A stretch of 64,000 nucleotides of DNA from Gammaproteobacteria bacterium (GTDB lineage Bacteria; Pseudomonadota; Gammaproteobacteria; SZUA-152), in NCBI GenBank assembly GCA_013152545.1, contig JAADGF010000099.1, forward strand, positions 9,906 to 73,905, in the 5' to 3' direction. The notes beneath the pieces were generated by a model that worked only from the letters and a program-made list of their open reading frames with translations, searched no databases and was not told where the DNA came from. Position numbers and translations under genes: made by a program. Below are positions 40,987 through 50,620 of this stretch, in pieces; positions within the stretch are counted from its first letter, which is position 1, and each line of letters begins with the position of its first letter.

Positions 40987-41752
40987 ATTTCGGCTATCTG
41001 CAGGAATCCATTATAGGTCTTGGGTACACAGCGATAATTGTTAATCTACACTGATAATGTTATAAATTTTTTTACTTTCATGGTGTTAAATACCATTTGT
41101 ATTTTAAGTTTAGGTGCTGATTACATACCTTTTCCGTTCCATGTACTGCGTTAAACCGTATTTTTGCGCATCACAAGCGACTGACAACGCCACAGGACTG
41201 AAAAAGCAACCCCCTCCCCCTGCATTAACATCGGTGCCGAATTGCTTTACTTAAGTTAAATCCATATATCAATTGATATCGACGACAAACACCTAATACA
41301 CTATAAATACAAGATTTTTTCGAATATTTTCAATCTTCCGAAAGAACCTGTTGTTAGTAGATGGAGGCGAAGAAAAAGATAGGATGCGGAACGAGTAACG
41401 CAGATTCAAGTATTTCAACAATGTGGGATATCGACACCCCGCCAGTAATGGAAAGTAGCTTTGCTCGGCAACGGCATAGCTCGTCGTATCAAAGGCAAGC
41501 CATGCAATTTCGCACCACTTGTCGATAATTTTAGCTAAATATGTAGCCTCTTTTGACGACAATATGATGTAATAACACAGTCACGTTGTACCATGTGCTC
41601 TGCAAAGTAGCCTATATGCTAAAAAATACGATGTAACCTATTGTTATTTAAACACTATCAGACTAAATTTATTTTCATCGGCATTAATTGCTTATTATAC
41701 AAGCACGTCATTGGCAGTTGAGCAGCAAAATTAGTTAAGGTTTCAGCTTGTA

Positions 41753-42676
41753 ATGGAAAACCAAACCCCGCTTTTTTTTGTTATAGCAGCGATAATCGTA
41801 TTGTGGCTATTGGGCAAAATTCTCGCAAAGGCGTCAGCATCGCTGGCGGAATCTACGCCCCCTTCCCGCAAAGCCGAACCAAAAGGAAATGAAATCGCCC
41901 CGGGCTTACATGTCATCGGACTCAGCGATACACTCATGCAGGAAATGCATGAAATTATCGAGCAACAAAACACGATAAAATTGGCTTATTTTTTTACAAA
42001 ACGTTGTCCGGAATTCCCAGAACTCGACAATTATTTCTCTGAATTAAGGTCACAATATTTTGTATTGCTGGGCAAACCGTCCAACGAGGCATCCGAAACC
42101 GAAAAGATCGATGCCATGAAAAAATTAGACTTCCAAAACACACCGCAATATCTTGACATCAATGTTGTTACCCAAACTGAATTAAAATACCTGATTGAAG
42201 ATACCGTAAAAACATTTCGGGTTATCACTGATGAGCTAATTTGCAAATTCGGTGGTGAAAATTTCTTCGACAATTTCCGGGCCTACACCCAACTCGGTGA
42301 AGAAAAACCAATAACGTTGCATATCCCACCAGATCACCAGCACCGAAAGAAACTTGAATCACTGGTCGAAACCGGCATTGCCATCAGAGGCAGAAAAATT
42401 CCTTTAAAAGACCGTCTTGGAGTCCTTAAATTCAGTCAGTTGCGCCGCATTGCAACCGAGTTAAAAATAGACACCCCGTTTAAACAAAAATCGGAAGCCA
42501 CCGAAGCATTGGCAGCAATGCCAGGGTCCGCTGTCCATTTGGCAATGATCCATGACATTAGCGATATTTTTTACTTAAAACCAGAAACCTATAATGCACA
42601 AGCAGTAGAAGACGAATGGGCTTTTTTTAACGCTTACGCCAGACTACTGACGGAAGCGTTAAAAATATACCCATAG
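41753..42676 (+). CDS. Hypothetical membrane-anchored protein; 3' end and stop codon lie inside a MITE
   Basis: N-terminal TM LFFVIAAIIVLWLLGKIL. No recognised domains. The last codons ...LKIYP-TAG are encoded by the MITE left terminal repeat. Confidence 0.5.
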   Translation: MENQTPLFFVIAAIIVLWLLGKILAKASASLAESTPPSRKAEPKGNEIAPGLHVIGLSDTLMQEMHEIIEQQNTIKLAYFFTKRCPEFPELDNYFSELRSQYFVLLGKPSNEASETEKIDAMKKLDFQNTPQYLDINVVTQTELKYLIEDTVKTFRVITDELICKFGGENFFDNFRAYTQLGEEKPITLHIPPDHQHRKKLESLVETGIAIRGRKIPLKDRLGVLKFSQLRRIATELKIDTPFKQKSEATEALAAMPGSAVHLAMIHDISDIFYLKPETYNAQAVEDEWAFFNAYARLLTEALKIYP

Positions 42677-42852
42677 CATTTGAGGTTTCGATGTAAAGTG
42701 TGCGTCCTATTTTATTCATAGCAGCAAAGGTAGGCGCTTTTAGGCAAGGCGAAATGACGCGTAATAGTCGTTCTATTGCAAGGAATTTCAACGCCGCGAT
42801 GAATGAAATAGGGTGTGCAATTTACCCGAAATATTAAACGCTTTGGGTATAG
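42665..42852. mobile_element. MITE family 1, full copy (~188 bp)
   Basis: ATATACCCATAGCATTTGAGGTTT...CGCTTTGGGTATA terminal inverted repeats. The interior is shared with the copies at 25085 and 44488. Confidence 0.75.
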
Positions 42853-42939
42853 ATACGTAAAGACGCGAAAACAGCTATTAATCGCTTTCGGGGCATTTCA
42901 TCAAGATCATACCCGTTTGTTTCACCTGTTACCGCTTAA

Positions 42940-43209
42940 TTAAAGTTCACGATCGTGGTTGTTTTTAAATGAGTAACCGCATTTAGTCAGCACAGGCTTT
43001 ATCTGAGACTCGGTCCTGGGGAATTTTCGACAGTTTGGTGGCCTAAATTTATATGCCGAACAATAACTTTCACCATCAAGCTTAACCTTGAGAAACATAC
43101 ATTTAAAGGGTAACTTACAACATTCACCACAATTGTTACAGCTGCCGGTTCTATGCTTTTCCACTGGTAAAATAGAAGTAACAATTCTCGCTAGTTTTTC
43201 AATCATCAT
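42940..43209 (-). CDS. YkgJ-family cysteine-cluster (putative zinc/iron-chelating) protein
   Basis: CNNCGECCK...C...C...PPNC pattern, typical of PF03692. Confidence 0.6.
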   Translation of the reverse strand: MMIEKLARIVTSILPVEKHRTGSCNNCGECCKLPFKCMFLKVKLDGESYCSAYKFRPPNCRKFPRTESQIKPVLTKCGYSFKNNHDREL

Positions 43210-43947
43210 TAAAGTACTCGGGCTATTCCAGTTTCAATAGCAACATTAGTTATGCATTGCAACTAAAACCGATGTTCTATTCTATGCATACTACTGTTAT
43301 GCACACTTAGAACATGTACGCAATAACTCCCACATTTTGCATCTCGGCTTCTGTTCCAGACTCGCCCCTACCTCCCTCATCCTTGACTTGGACTCGTCAT
43401 CTTCAGCCCGTCTTCGCCTGCGGCGCCTACGAACTAAACCTGAGTGCCAAATAAAAAAGTGATTACACGCACGTTCTTATTTCATTAAAAAAGTAAGGTT
43501 ACAATCTGTTAATAATACCTAAGCATTATATTATCAGTTGAAAATAAATGCTTTGCAAACATTTAACATCCTTAATTAGTGTTGGGTTTTACACATAGAA
43601 ATTTAGGAAAAATACACCATGTCTAAACGAATAACGCAAAAACCACTGTAAAGAAATAACCTATGGGTTAAACCTACGCTCAACGGAAATTAAGCAGTGA
43701 ACAACATGGTGAGGCTTTAAACCTTTTCAAGATAAAAAACTATATTCTTAGCTATTTTAACGCACCTTAATACAGACAAAATATAACAACAATAATTTTA
43801 TATTACTCAATAGTATTTCGTGAAATCCTAAACCATCGCGGTTATTATACGAAACATAAAATAACGTAATAAACTGCAAGGTTATCATTTCCGAGCCCTG
43901 CATATTTCAGACACTCGTATCAAAATCCGTATCAAGAGAGTATTACA

Positions 43948-44499
43948 GTGACAAAAAACAACAACCAACAATTGCTGCATGAATCGCATACCAACAGCAA
44001 TCTTAAATTCCCCCTATGTTTGCTTCTGGATGATTTTGAAAACCCATTAAATGTCGGAAGTATATTTCGCATTAGTGATGCACTAGGAGTAACAGAACTT
44101 TATTTATGCGGCAGCACACCAGTCCCACCTAATAAAAAAATCACCAAAACATCCCGGTCAACTGAAAAGTCAATGACCTACCATTATGTCAAAAGTGCGG
44201 AACAAACCCTAACTCAACTAAAAGCAGATCATTACACCATAATTGCACTCGAAATCACCACACAAAGTCTGGACCTTGTTACCCTAAAGTATTCAAATTA
44301 TGAAAAAATTTGTCTCATTGCTGGATCAGAGAAACAAGGAATAAAACCGTCGTTGCTAAGGCTCTCAAATAACAGTATTCACATTCCAATGCTAGGTATT
44401 AATTCATCAATGAACGTAGCTACGGCATGTGCAATCGCTGTTTTCGAAATAACAAGAGGCTATAAAAAAAAGAATATAAATGCTAACGATACCCGCTGA
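43948..44499 (+). CDS. SpoU/TrmH-family RNA 2'-O-methyltransferase; stop codon supplied by a MITE
   Basis: SpoU motifs LDDFENPLNVGSIFRISDALGV, IAGSEKQGI and IPMLGINSSMNVATACAIAVFE. The TGA stop lies within the MITE left repeat GATACCCGCTGAG. Confidence 0.75.
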   Translation: MTKNNNQQLLHESHTNSNLKFPLCLLLDDFENPLNVGSIFRISDALGVTELYLCGSTPVPPNKKITKTSRSTEKSMTYHYVKSAEQTLTQLKADHYTIIALEITTQSLDLVTLKYSNYEKICLIAGSEKQGIKPSLLRLSNNSIHIPMLGINSSMNVATACAIAVFEITRGYKKKNINANDTR

Positions 44500-44690
44500 G
44501 ATTTAAGTGCTCAGTGTACGTCATATTCCTTTCATGGTATCACCAAAAGTAGGCGCTTTTAGGCGAAAGTAGCTTCTTTAAGCAAAGCGAAATGACGAAT
44601 GAGCCACTCTCTATTGTGAGGAATTTTAACACCGCCATGGAATAAAGAGAGCGTACAATGAATGCCGAAACCTTAAATGCTATGGGTATA
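44488..44690. mobile_element. MITE family 1, full copy (~203 bp)
   Basis: GATACCCGCTGAGATTTAAGTG...CCTTAAATGCTATGGGTATA inverted termini. Confidence 0.75.
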
Positions 44691-44900
44691 GTGTCGTGTA
44701 TTGAATAGAACGAAGATTCAGTTTATTGCTACGCACTTGTTGCCAAGCCTCCTTGTCGAAGCACAGCAATGCCATGATATCGGATTTGGAAAGCACCTGC
44801 GGGAAAAACCATCTGTGTGTTGTGCGCTTTCTCGGTCTAGGCTCACTATACCTTCGAACACGCGTCTAACAGGGAAATGATAACGCTCCGTCCTATTCCA

Positions 44901-45356
44901 TTATTGACATTTTCCAGTACATTTAATAACGAGTTGAGCACAGCTGACGTTTTCGAAATCATCACTGATCGCAGGTACACTCGCATACCCACTATGCACC
45001 ATCCAAGCGTTATTACATTGTTTGTGGGAACTGACATAAGACGGTTGTGAAATCCAGGAAACATTGGTGCACGCAGGCTGCCCCACACCAAACCGAGCAG
45101 CGATCTCATATGTCCCGCACATTAACCATCCATGCTTCACCTCTGCCTCAAGCCCCATATCGCCATTTTGGCGCAACCATATACTGGCATTATCAAATTT
45201 AAATTCCAGCTTTTGAGGCAAACCACCTGAGCCCCAGTTTATAGTATTACTTGGAATGGCACTGTAGCGTTTCATAACAACCTTTTCATTAGCTGAATCC
45301 GCCAAAACAACGGTGGATACAAATATAATAAATAATAGCAATACGATATATTTCAC
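44901..45356 (-). CDS. Small secreted Cys-containing hypothetical protein
   Basis: GTG start (AGGGAG RBS 10 nt upstream) gives MKYIVLLLFIIFVSTVVLA-DSANE. The track start at 45440 is a TTG inside the solo MITE. Confidence 0.45.
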   Translation of the reverse strand: MKYIVLLLFIIFVSTVVLADSANEKVVMKRYSAIPSNTINWGSGGLPQKLEFKFDNASIWLRQNGDMGLEAEVKHGWLMCGTYEIAARFGVGQPACTNVSWISQPSYVSSHKQCNNAWMVHSGYASVPAISDDFENVSCAQLVIKCTGKCQ

Positions 45357-45397
45357 TTTCAATTTTCTCCCTGCAATGCTTATTAACCCTTTGTAAC

Positions 45398-45431
45398 ATA
45401 TATACCCGTGGCGTTTAGGATTTAGGTATAT
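45398..45431. repeat. Solo/minimal copy of MITE family 1
   Basis: ATATATACCCGTGGCGTTTAGGATTTAGGTATAT. Confidence 0.6.
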
Positions 45432-45567
45432 TTTCAACACTTTCGTTCAAAATAACGCACAGTCCCCTCATTAGCTTTTTACACATTACGTGTGACGATC
45501 AGAAACTAATATGTTACAGTTTTTGTGACGACATGCATTACATCACATGCTTTCATTAATTGTGTTA

Positions 45568-45993
45568 TCAATGTGTACCTTTTACTGAACAACGAAGATT
45601 CCTGAGCCTATATTCCAAATCACCCAGACTATTTTCTAAAACCATACGATCATTGCTGATTTCTATTATTTGATCTTCCACAATCAACCCAGGCGGGTAC
45701 CAATCATGGTTTGTACTATCCTGAACCACGATAATAAGAAACCTGTTCTGTACACGCCAGCGTGCTTTTACCAGGACGTTAGGGGTTACACATTTTGATG
45801 TCTGAAACCCAACATATTCCAAACGGCCATTGCCACGATAATTTGAAATCCCGGGCAATGCGTTTTTGTCACTGGCTTCAGCCACCCAGGTACCAATGAG
45901 CGATGCAGCGATTATCTTGTCATCAACGGGCAATTTCTCTGTAACACTAGTGCATGCCAGCAAACCAAATATGATAACGCTTGCTAATAACAT
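45568..45993 (-). CDS. Probable lipoprotein, hypothetical
   Basis: MLLASVIIFGLLAC-TS signal peptide and lipobox. Start uncertain (track 46080). Confidence 0.45.
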   Translation of the reverse strand: MLLASVIIFGLLACTSVTEKLPVDDKIIAASLIGTWVAEASDKNALPGISNYRGNGRLEYVGFQTSKCVTPNVLVKARWRVQNRFLIIVVQDSTNHDWYPPGLIVEDQIIEISNDRMVLENSLGDLEYRLRNLRCSVKGTH

Positions 45994-46113
45994 TCGTACA
46001 GCAAACACCCTGTGATGATCCCAACAAGACCTACTGGTATAAGCTGTATTAATTAAACGATGAGTCATTGATGTTATCAATATCGCAATAAATTTATTAT
46101 TTTTAGCACTACA

Positions 46114-47703
46114 CTATTTAAATAATGCTGGCGGCTTTCTGTGTAAGGTCGATTGCTCATACGAATATGCAAACTGAAATAAACGAGACTCCGAAAAGGG
46201 TTTACCAAGAATTTGCAAGCCCACTGGCAACCCCTCTTTGGTAAACCCCATCGGTACTGTTATCGCGGGTTGACCACTATGGGGTGCGATTATCGGGCTA
46301 TTATTACCGTGTGGCGAGTCCAGATCACCCACTTTTCGGGGTGGGTTATTCCAGGTAGGATAGACCACAGCATCAACCTGATGCTGCACCATCGCGGCAA
46401 CAACTGCATTAAGCAGCGCAACACGCCGCGGATCTCCCTCAACATCAACACAGGGGGGTTTTTGTCTCTCTGGCGCAACATTAACAGACATTGCCCATTT
46501 CATTCCTGACTCGCTGGACTCATGATAACGTTTTGACACCATGATGTCTTGCAATTTTATTGTCGATACATTGGTAGTCAATGACAAAAAATAGTTGTTT
46601 ATATCGTAGCGAAAGCGGCTGCAAAACCCCGTTGCTCTCGTAAGTTGTTGTAGATTTGGTACGATAAAAGGATCGACAATCTGCGCCCCTAGTTTTTTAA
46701 TATCAGCAATCGCTTGCTGCATTATTTCCACAACTTCCGGATCAGCAGTCGGCGTATTGATGAGGCTTCGCAACACTCCGATTCGCACCCCCTTTAAACC
46801 ATTGGATTTCAAATATTCGGTATAGTCGTAGGGAAGTCGGCCTTTGCTTGCAATCGTCACTGGGTCCGCTGGATCATAACCGGAGATAACATTAAAAATA
46901 CGAGCAGCATCCTCAACAGTTCTTGTCATTGGCCCAGCTATGTCGCGGTTCAGCAGTAACGGGATAATACCATCACGACTGGTAACACCGATTGTTGATC
47001 GTATTCCAACAAGGGCGGTATGGGATGCTGGTCCTCTGATTGAGTTTCCTGTATCAGTACCCATACCCACCAGCCCCAGATTCGCAGCGACCGCAGCGGC
47101 AGTACCACCACTAGAACCTGCCGGTACTCGCGTCAAGTCATAAGGATTTAACGTTTCACCTGAGGTAGAGCTAACAGTAAAATATGGACTGAATGCCCAT
47201 TCGGCCATATTCGATTTTGCCAGAATGATGGCGCCCGCTTGCCGAAGCTTTTTAACCATATAAGCGTCATCAGGCGGTAATGATTCTTTAAGCACAATAG
47301 AGCCACCAGTGGTAGGCATATCAGCAGTATCATAATTATCTTTCAGTATTACCGGCACACAGTGTAACGCCCTTAATTGTTGCGTAGACCGAAACTCTTC
47401 GTCCAGGACTGTTGCGCGTTGCTGCGCATTGGGATTAATCAACACAATCGCATTTAGCTTTGTCGTTTGGTCATATTGGTGTATCCGGCCAATATAAGCC
47501 TCAACCAATTGTTGACAATTTAAGTCTCCTGCCTGGAAAGCCTGATGCACACGGCCAATGGTCGTTTCCGTTATTTGAAATGGGAGTGTTTTTAGTGTTT
47601 GAGAACCGTGTTGCACACAGCCCACAATAAACGCTAATAGCAGTCCCATCCCTACCCTTACCACAAGCAGCCACTGCTTATCCCACCTAATCAACTTTCT
47701 CAC
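46114..47703 (-). CDS. Amidase-signature family amidase, exported (probable lipoprotein)
   Basis: GGSSGGTAAAVAANL...GTDTGNSIRGPAS amidase signature. N-terminal LLLAFIVGC lipobox. Confidence 0.8.
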   Translation of the reverse strand: MRKLIRWDKQWLLVVRVGMGLLLAFIVGCVQHGSQTLKTLPFQITETTIGRVHQAFQAGDLNCQQLVEAYIGRIHQYDQTTKLNAIVLINPNAQQRATVLDEEFRSTQQLRALHCVPVILKDNYDTADMPTTGGSIVLKESLPPDDAYMVKKLRQAGAIILAKSNMAEWAFSPYFTVSSTSGETLNPYDLTRVPAGSSGGTAAAVAANLGLVGMGTDTGNSIRGPASHTALVGIRSTIGVTSRDGIIPLLLNRDIAGPMTRTVEDAARIFNVISGYDPADPVTIASKGRLPYDYTEYLKSNGLKGVRIGVLRSLINTPTADPEVVEIMQQAIADIKKLGAQIVDPFIVPNLQQLTRATGFCSRFRYDINNYFLSLTTNVSTIKLQDIMVSKRYHESSESGMKWAMSVNVAPERQKPPCVDVEGDPRRVALLNAVVAAMVQHQVDAVVYPTWNNPPRKVGDLDSPHGNNSPIIAPHSGQPAITVPMGFTKEGLPVGLQILGKPFSESRLFQFAYSYEQSTLHRKPPALFK

Positions 47704-47815
47704 CTCCGAATATAAATATTATATATTTATTTATTGATGCTTGGTTGTCATGCCCGTTGCGCCTAAAACCAGCGCTATCGTTCAGCAGCAATGAAATTCA
47801 AACGCCATCAACCTG

Positions 47816-48649
47816 CTAGCTTGTTTTTGTTTCCATCTTTTTTACCTTTTGGTACAAACGCTCTAATTCTTGGGAGGACAGATTCTCTATGCACGCACTT
47901 TGTTCATCGATAAGCATCTCTACTGCCTGAAAACGCCGGGTAAATTTGTTGTTTGCTTTTCGAATTGCAGTTTCAGGATCAACATTGGCATGCCTCGCCA
48001 AATTGGTAACGGCGAAAAACAAGTCTCCAATTTCATCTTCAATGCGTTCCATATTCTGGTTTTCGTTCACTTCCTGTCTAACTTCGTCTAATTCCTCAAG
48101 CACCTTATCGAACACAGGTTCAATCGATGGCCAGTCGAAACCTACACTTGCAGCTCGTTTTTGTAGTTTCACCGCTCTGATCAATGCGGGCAATGCCACC
48201 GCCACACCATCTAATGCACTATGGTTTATGTTAGCTTGGCTTATATCAGATGCTAAATTGATTTGATTGTGTTTTTGTAAACGTTCAATTGCTTTGAGTT
48301 TTTCCCAGGCTTGCGTCTGTGTTTCTGTATTATCTATTTTATTATCGCCAAACACATGCGGATGACGACGCTCCAGTTTGTCAGCGATACCGATTACCAC
48401 ATCGTCGAACTGAAAAAACCCTTGTTCAGCTGCTAATTGAGCATGAAACACAACTTGGAACAGCAGATCACCTAACTCACTTTGCAAGTCCGGCATATCA
48501 TCACGAAGAATAGCGTCTAAAACTTCGTAGGCTTCTTCAACAGTATATGGCGCTATAGTTGCAAAGGATTGTTGCAAATCCCAAGGGCAACCCGTCGAGG
48601 GATCACGTAAGTGTTTCATAATTCGAAGTAATTTCTCGATACTGCTCAA
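47816..48649 (-). CDS. mazG: Nucleoside triphosphate pyrophosphohydrolase MazG
   Basis: RLRDPSTGCPWD, KLERRHPHVF and EEIGDLLF are colinear with E. coli MazG. Confidence 0.85.
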   Translation of the reverse strand: MSSIEKLLRIMKHLRDPSTGCPWDLQQSFATIAPYTVEEAYEVLDAILRDDMPDLQSELGDLLFQVVFHAQLAAEQGFFQFDDVVIGIADKLERRHPHVFGDNKIDNTETQTQAWEKLKAIERLQKHNQINLASDISQANINHSALDGVAVALPALIRAVKLQKRAASVGFDWPSIEPVFDKVLEELDEVRQEVNENQNMERIEDEIGDLFFAVTNLARHANVDPETAIRKANNKFTRRFQAVEMLIDEQSACIENLSSQELERLYQKVKKMETKTS

Positions 48650-48817
48650 ATAACACCCCCTAAGTATTTGAAGTTAAAACGATAACGTGGGAATATTGCG
48701 ATATTATATTCTCTTATTTATTTAGCGGCTAACAAACAGCTTAAGTATTGTGAGTAAATTCACGGTGTTATTTTTCTAGGTAATGGAGTATATTGCAATG
48801 AGTATCGGAGAAGTAAT

Positions 48818-49381
48818 ATGTTTATAAATTTTCATCTAGCCAGATCCCTGGTAACGATAGCAGCACTTTTTTTTATTGTTTCAGTTAGTTATGCCGAAAA
48901 TTTAGACTCGCTCTCAGAGGGTCAGTCGTTTTTCAATCAAGGTAATTACACGAAAGCATTACAGATATGGCAGAACTTAGCCGAAGAAGGCCAGCCCGAA
49001 GCTCAAGTATTTGTTGGCCTTTCGTACGCAAATGGCTGGGGTGTAAAGAAAAACATCGATGAAGCCTCTAACTGGTATATGCGAGCAGCGGAAAACAACA
49101 GTCCCTCTGGGCAGTTTTTACTCGGTTTACACTATGTCACCACTGGCATAAATCAATATGATGTTAGAGTTGGCATTAAGTGGCTAAAACGTGCCGCTGA
49201 TAATGGCGATAAAGGAGCCATTAAATTTTTGCAAAAAGCCAAAAAACGCCGTTGGTTTAGTGAACTGAAAAACGACCAGAAAATTGACCAATACCAATTG
49301 GAACGCGAAGGTAAAAGCGTTTTGGAAGCTATTTCCATTACCAGTAATTCAGTGCCAAAACTTCCCGCGCCAAGCCTATAG
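48818..49381 (+). CDS. Small secreted Sel1-repeat protein
   Basis: Signal peptide; 3-4 Sel1 repeats (AQVFVGLSYANGWGVKKNIDEASNWYMRAAENN). Confidence 0.65.
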   Translation: MFINFHLARSLVTIAALFFIVSVSYAENLDSLSEGQSFFNQGNYTKALQIWQNLAEEGQPEAQVFVGLSYANGWGVKKNIDEASNWYMRAAENNSPSGQFLLGLHYVTTGINQYDVRVGIKWLKRAADNGDKGAIKFLQKAKKRRWFSELKNDQKIDQYQLEREGKSVLEAISITSNSVPKLPAPSL

Positions 49382-49400
49382 CGTCAAGTCAAAAAAACAC

Positions 49401-50618
49401 TTAACGGTCGGGGGCGTAGCCAGCCAACTCAACGTGGCCATAGCCCGTAATAATGCTTCCCGTTGACTTTTGCTTACCAGATACCTTTACAGCCCCTCTC
49501 CAGGCTTGTGAGGATAGATTTAATTCCTGATCGGCAATCATCGACGTAACCTGCAACACCAGTGATTCTGAAGGAATGCTAATCTTCCAGGCAGACGGAT
49601 ACGCAATATTGGAATGCGGGCTGTTCCAGTGGCGAATAACCCTTATTTCCACCTGATCGGGTGATAATGTCTGTGATTCACCATTCGCAGCAACAATGCT
49701 GCCAATACTGTACTCACCGATACTGTTATCGCCCTGCCGTGATGCATAAAACATAATTTCCCGTTTATCGGATAATTGCAATCGAAACCAATCCCGACTG
49801 GGCTGCCCTTCGTCCAATTGAGTAGTGGACCATTCACGATCAAACCAACTATCGCCAGCCACTGAATATGTTTTCGTGCCTACACCCACTATCCCAACCG
49901 TAGAGATACGTGTAATAGAATAATAATAAGCCGCATTCCCCGGCATTTTACCTTTTTGCCATAGACCAGCGTTCCCCTGTAATACTACGGGTTTTTCATT
50001 CTGTAACACTAAATCGATACTAAATGTCTTGTCCTTAGCAAACAATCGTAGTGGAAATATTTCATCACCCACGGATTCGACCCCCCAATCGGCCAACCAA
50101 ACCCTCAAGTTAATGGAATCATTATCCTGCTGCTCCTTAAAATAAACACCGGCTCCCGCCAACCCCATCGCATCACGACTAATCCGTTCACTGTAATAAA
50201 ACGTCTCGTTTGCAATATCCGTTAATGTAAAATGAGCAATATATGAATGATCACTACGCCAGTCTGACGTGTTTTCAGCTATCTGAAAACTGGCCGCCGA
50301 TGCAGCTTTACCCTCTGTTTGCGCGCTTAATGCAACACGGAAAATCGTTAACTCGTAACCAAAACGTTGGCCTGTCGTGGTATCCACATTACCGCTGAAA
50401 TGCCACCATTCATGCCGGAACCCAGGGTGGGCAGCATAATCCTCTGGAAAAGAAAACTTATGCGGACGATAAGCCTGCTGGAAATTCCAGATTGCTCCTG
50501 CACCGAACACCTGAGTAAAAAAAGGAACTTTCTGATTCTTATTTTGCTTAAATGGATCACAGCCCGCTAAAATAATCACTAGCACCAACCCCCCTGCCAA
50601 TCCATTAACACACTTCAT
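49401..50618 (-). CDS. AttH-like lipoprotein (CrtC/hydroxyneurosporene-synthase-like plus lipocalin-like domains)
   Basis: Lipobox ILAGC. HEWWHFSGNV and GYELTIFRV resemble the AttH/CrtC family. It is the third gene of the ABC ATPase/FtsX permease cluster, as in attFGH. Confidence 0.5.
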   Translation of the reverse strand: MKCVNGLAGGLVLVIILAGCDPFKQNKNQKVPFFTQVFGAGAIWNFQQAYRPHKFSFPEDYAAHPGFRHEWWHFSGNVDTTTGQRFGYELTIFRVALSAQTEGKAASAASFQIAENTSDWRSDHSYIAHFTLTDIANETFYYSERISRDAMGLAGAGVYFKEQQDNDSINLRVWLADWGVESVGDEIFPLRLFAKDKTFSIDLVLQNEKPVVLQGNAGLWQKGKMPGNAAYYYSITRISTVGIVGVGTKTYSVAGDSWFDREWSTTQLDEGQPSRDWFRLQLSDKREIMFYASRQGDNSIGEYSIGSIVAANGESQTLSPDQVEIRVIRHWNSPHSNIAYPSAWKISIPSESLVLQVTSMIADQELNLSSQAWRGAVKVSGKQKSTGSIITGYGHVELAGYAPDR

Positions 50619-50620
50619 CT

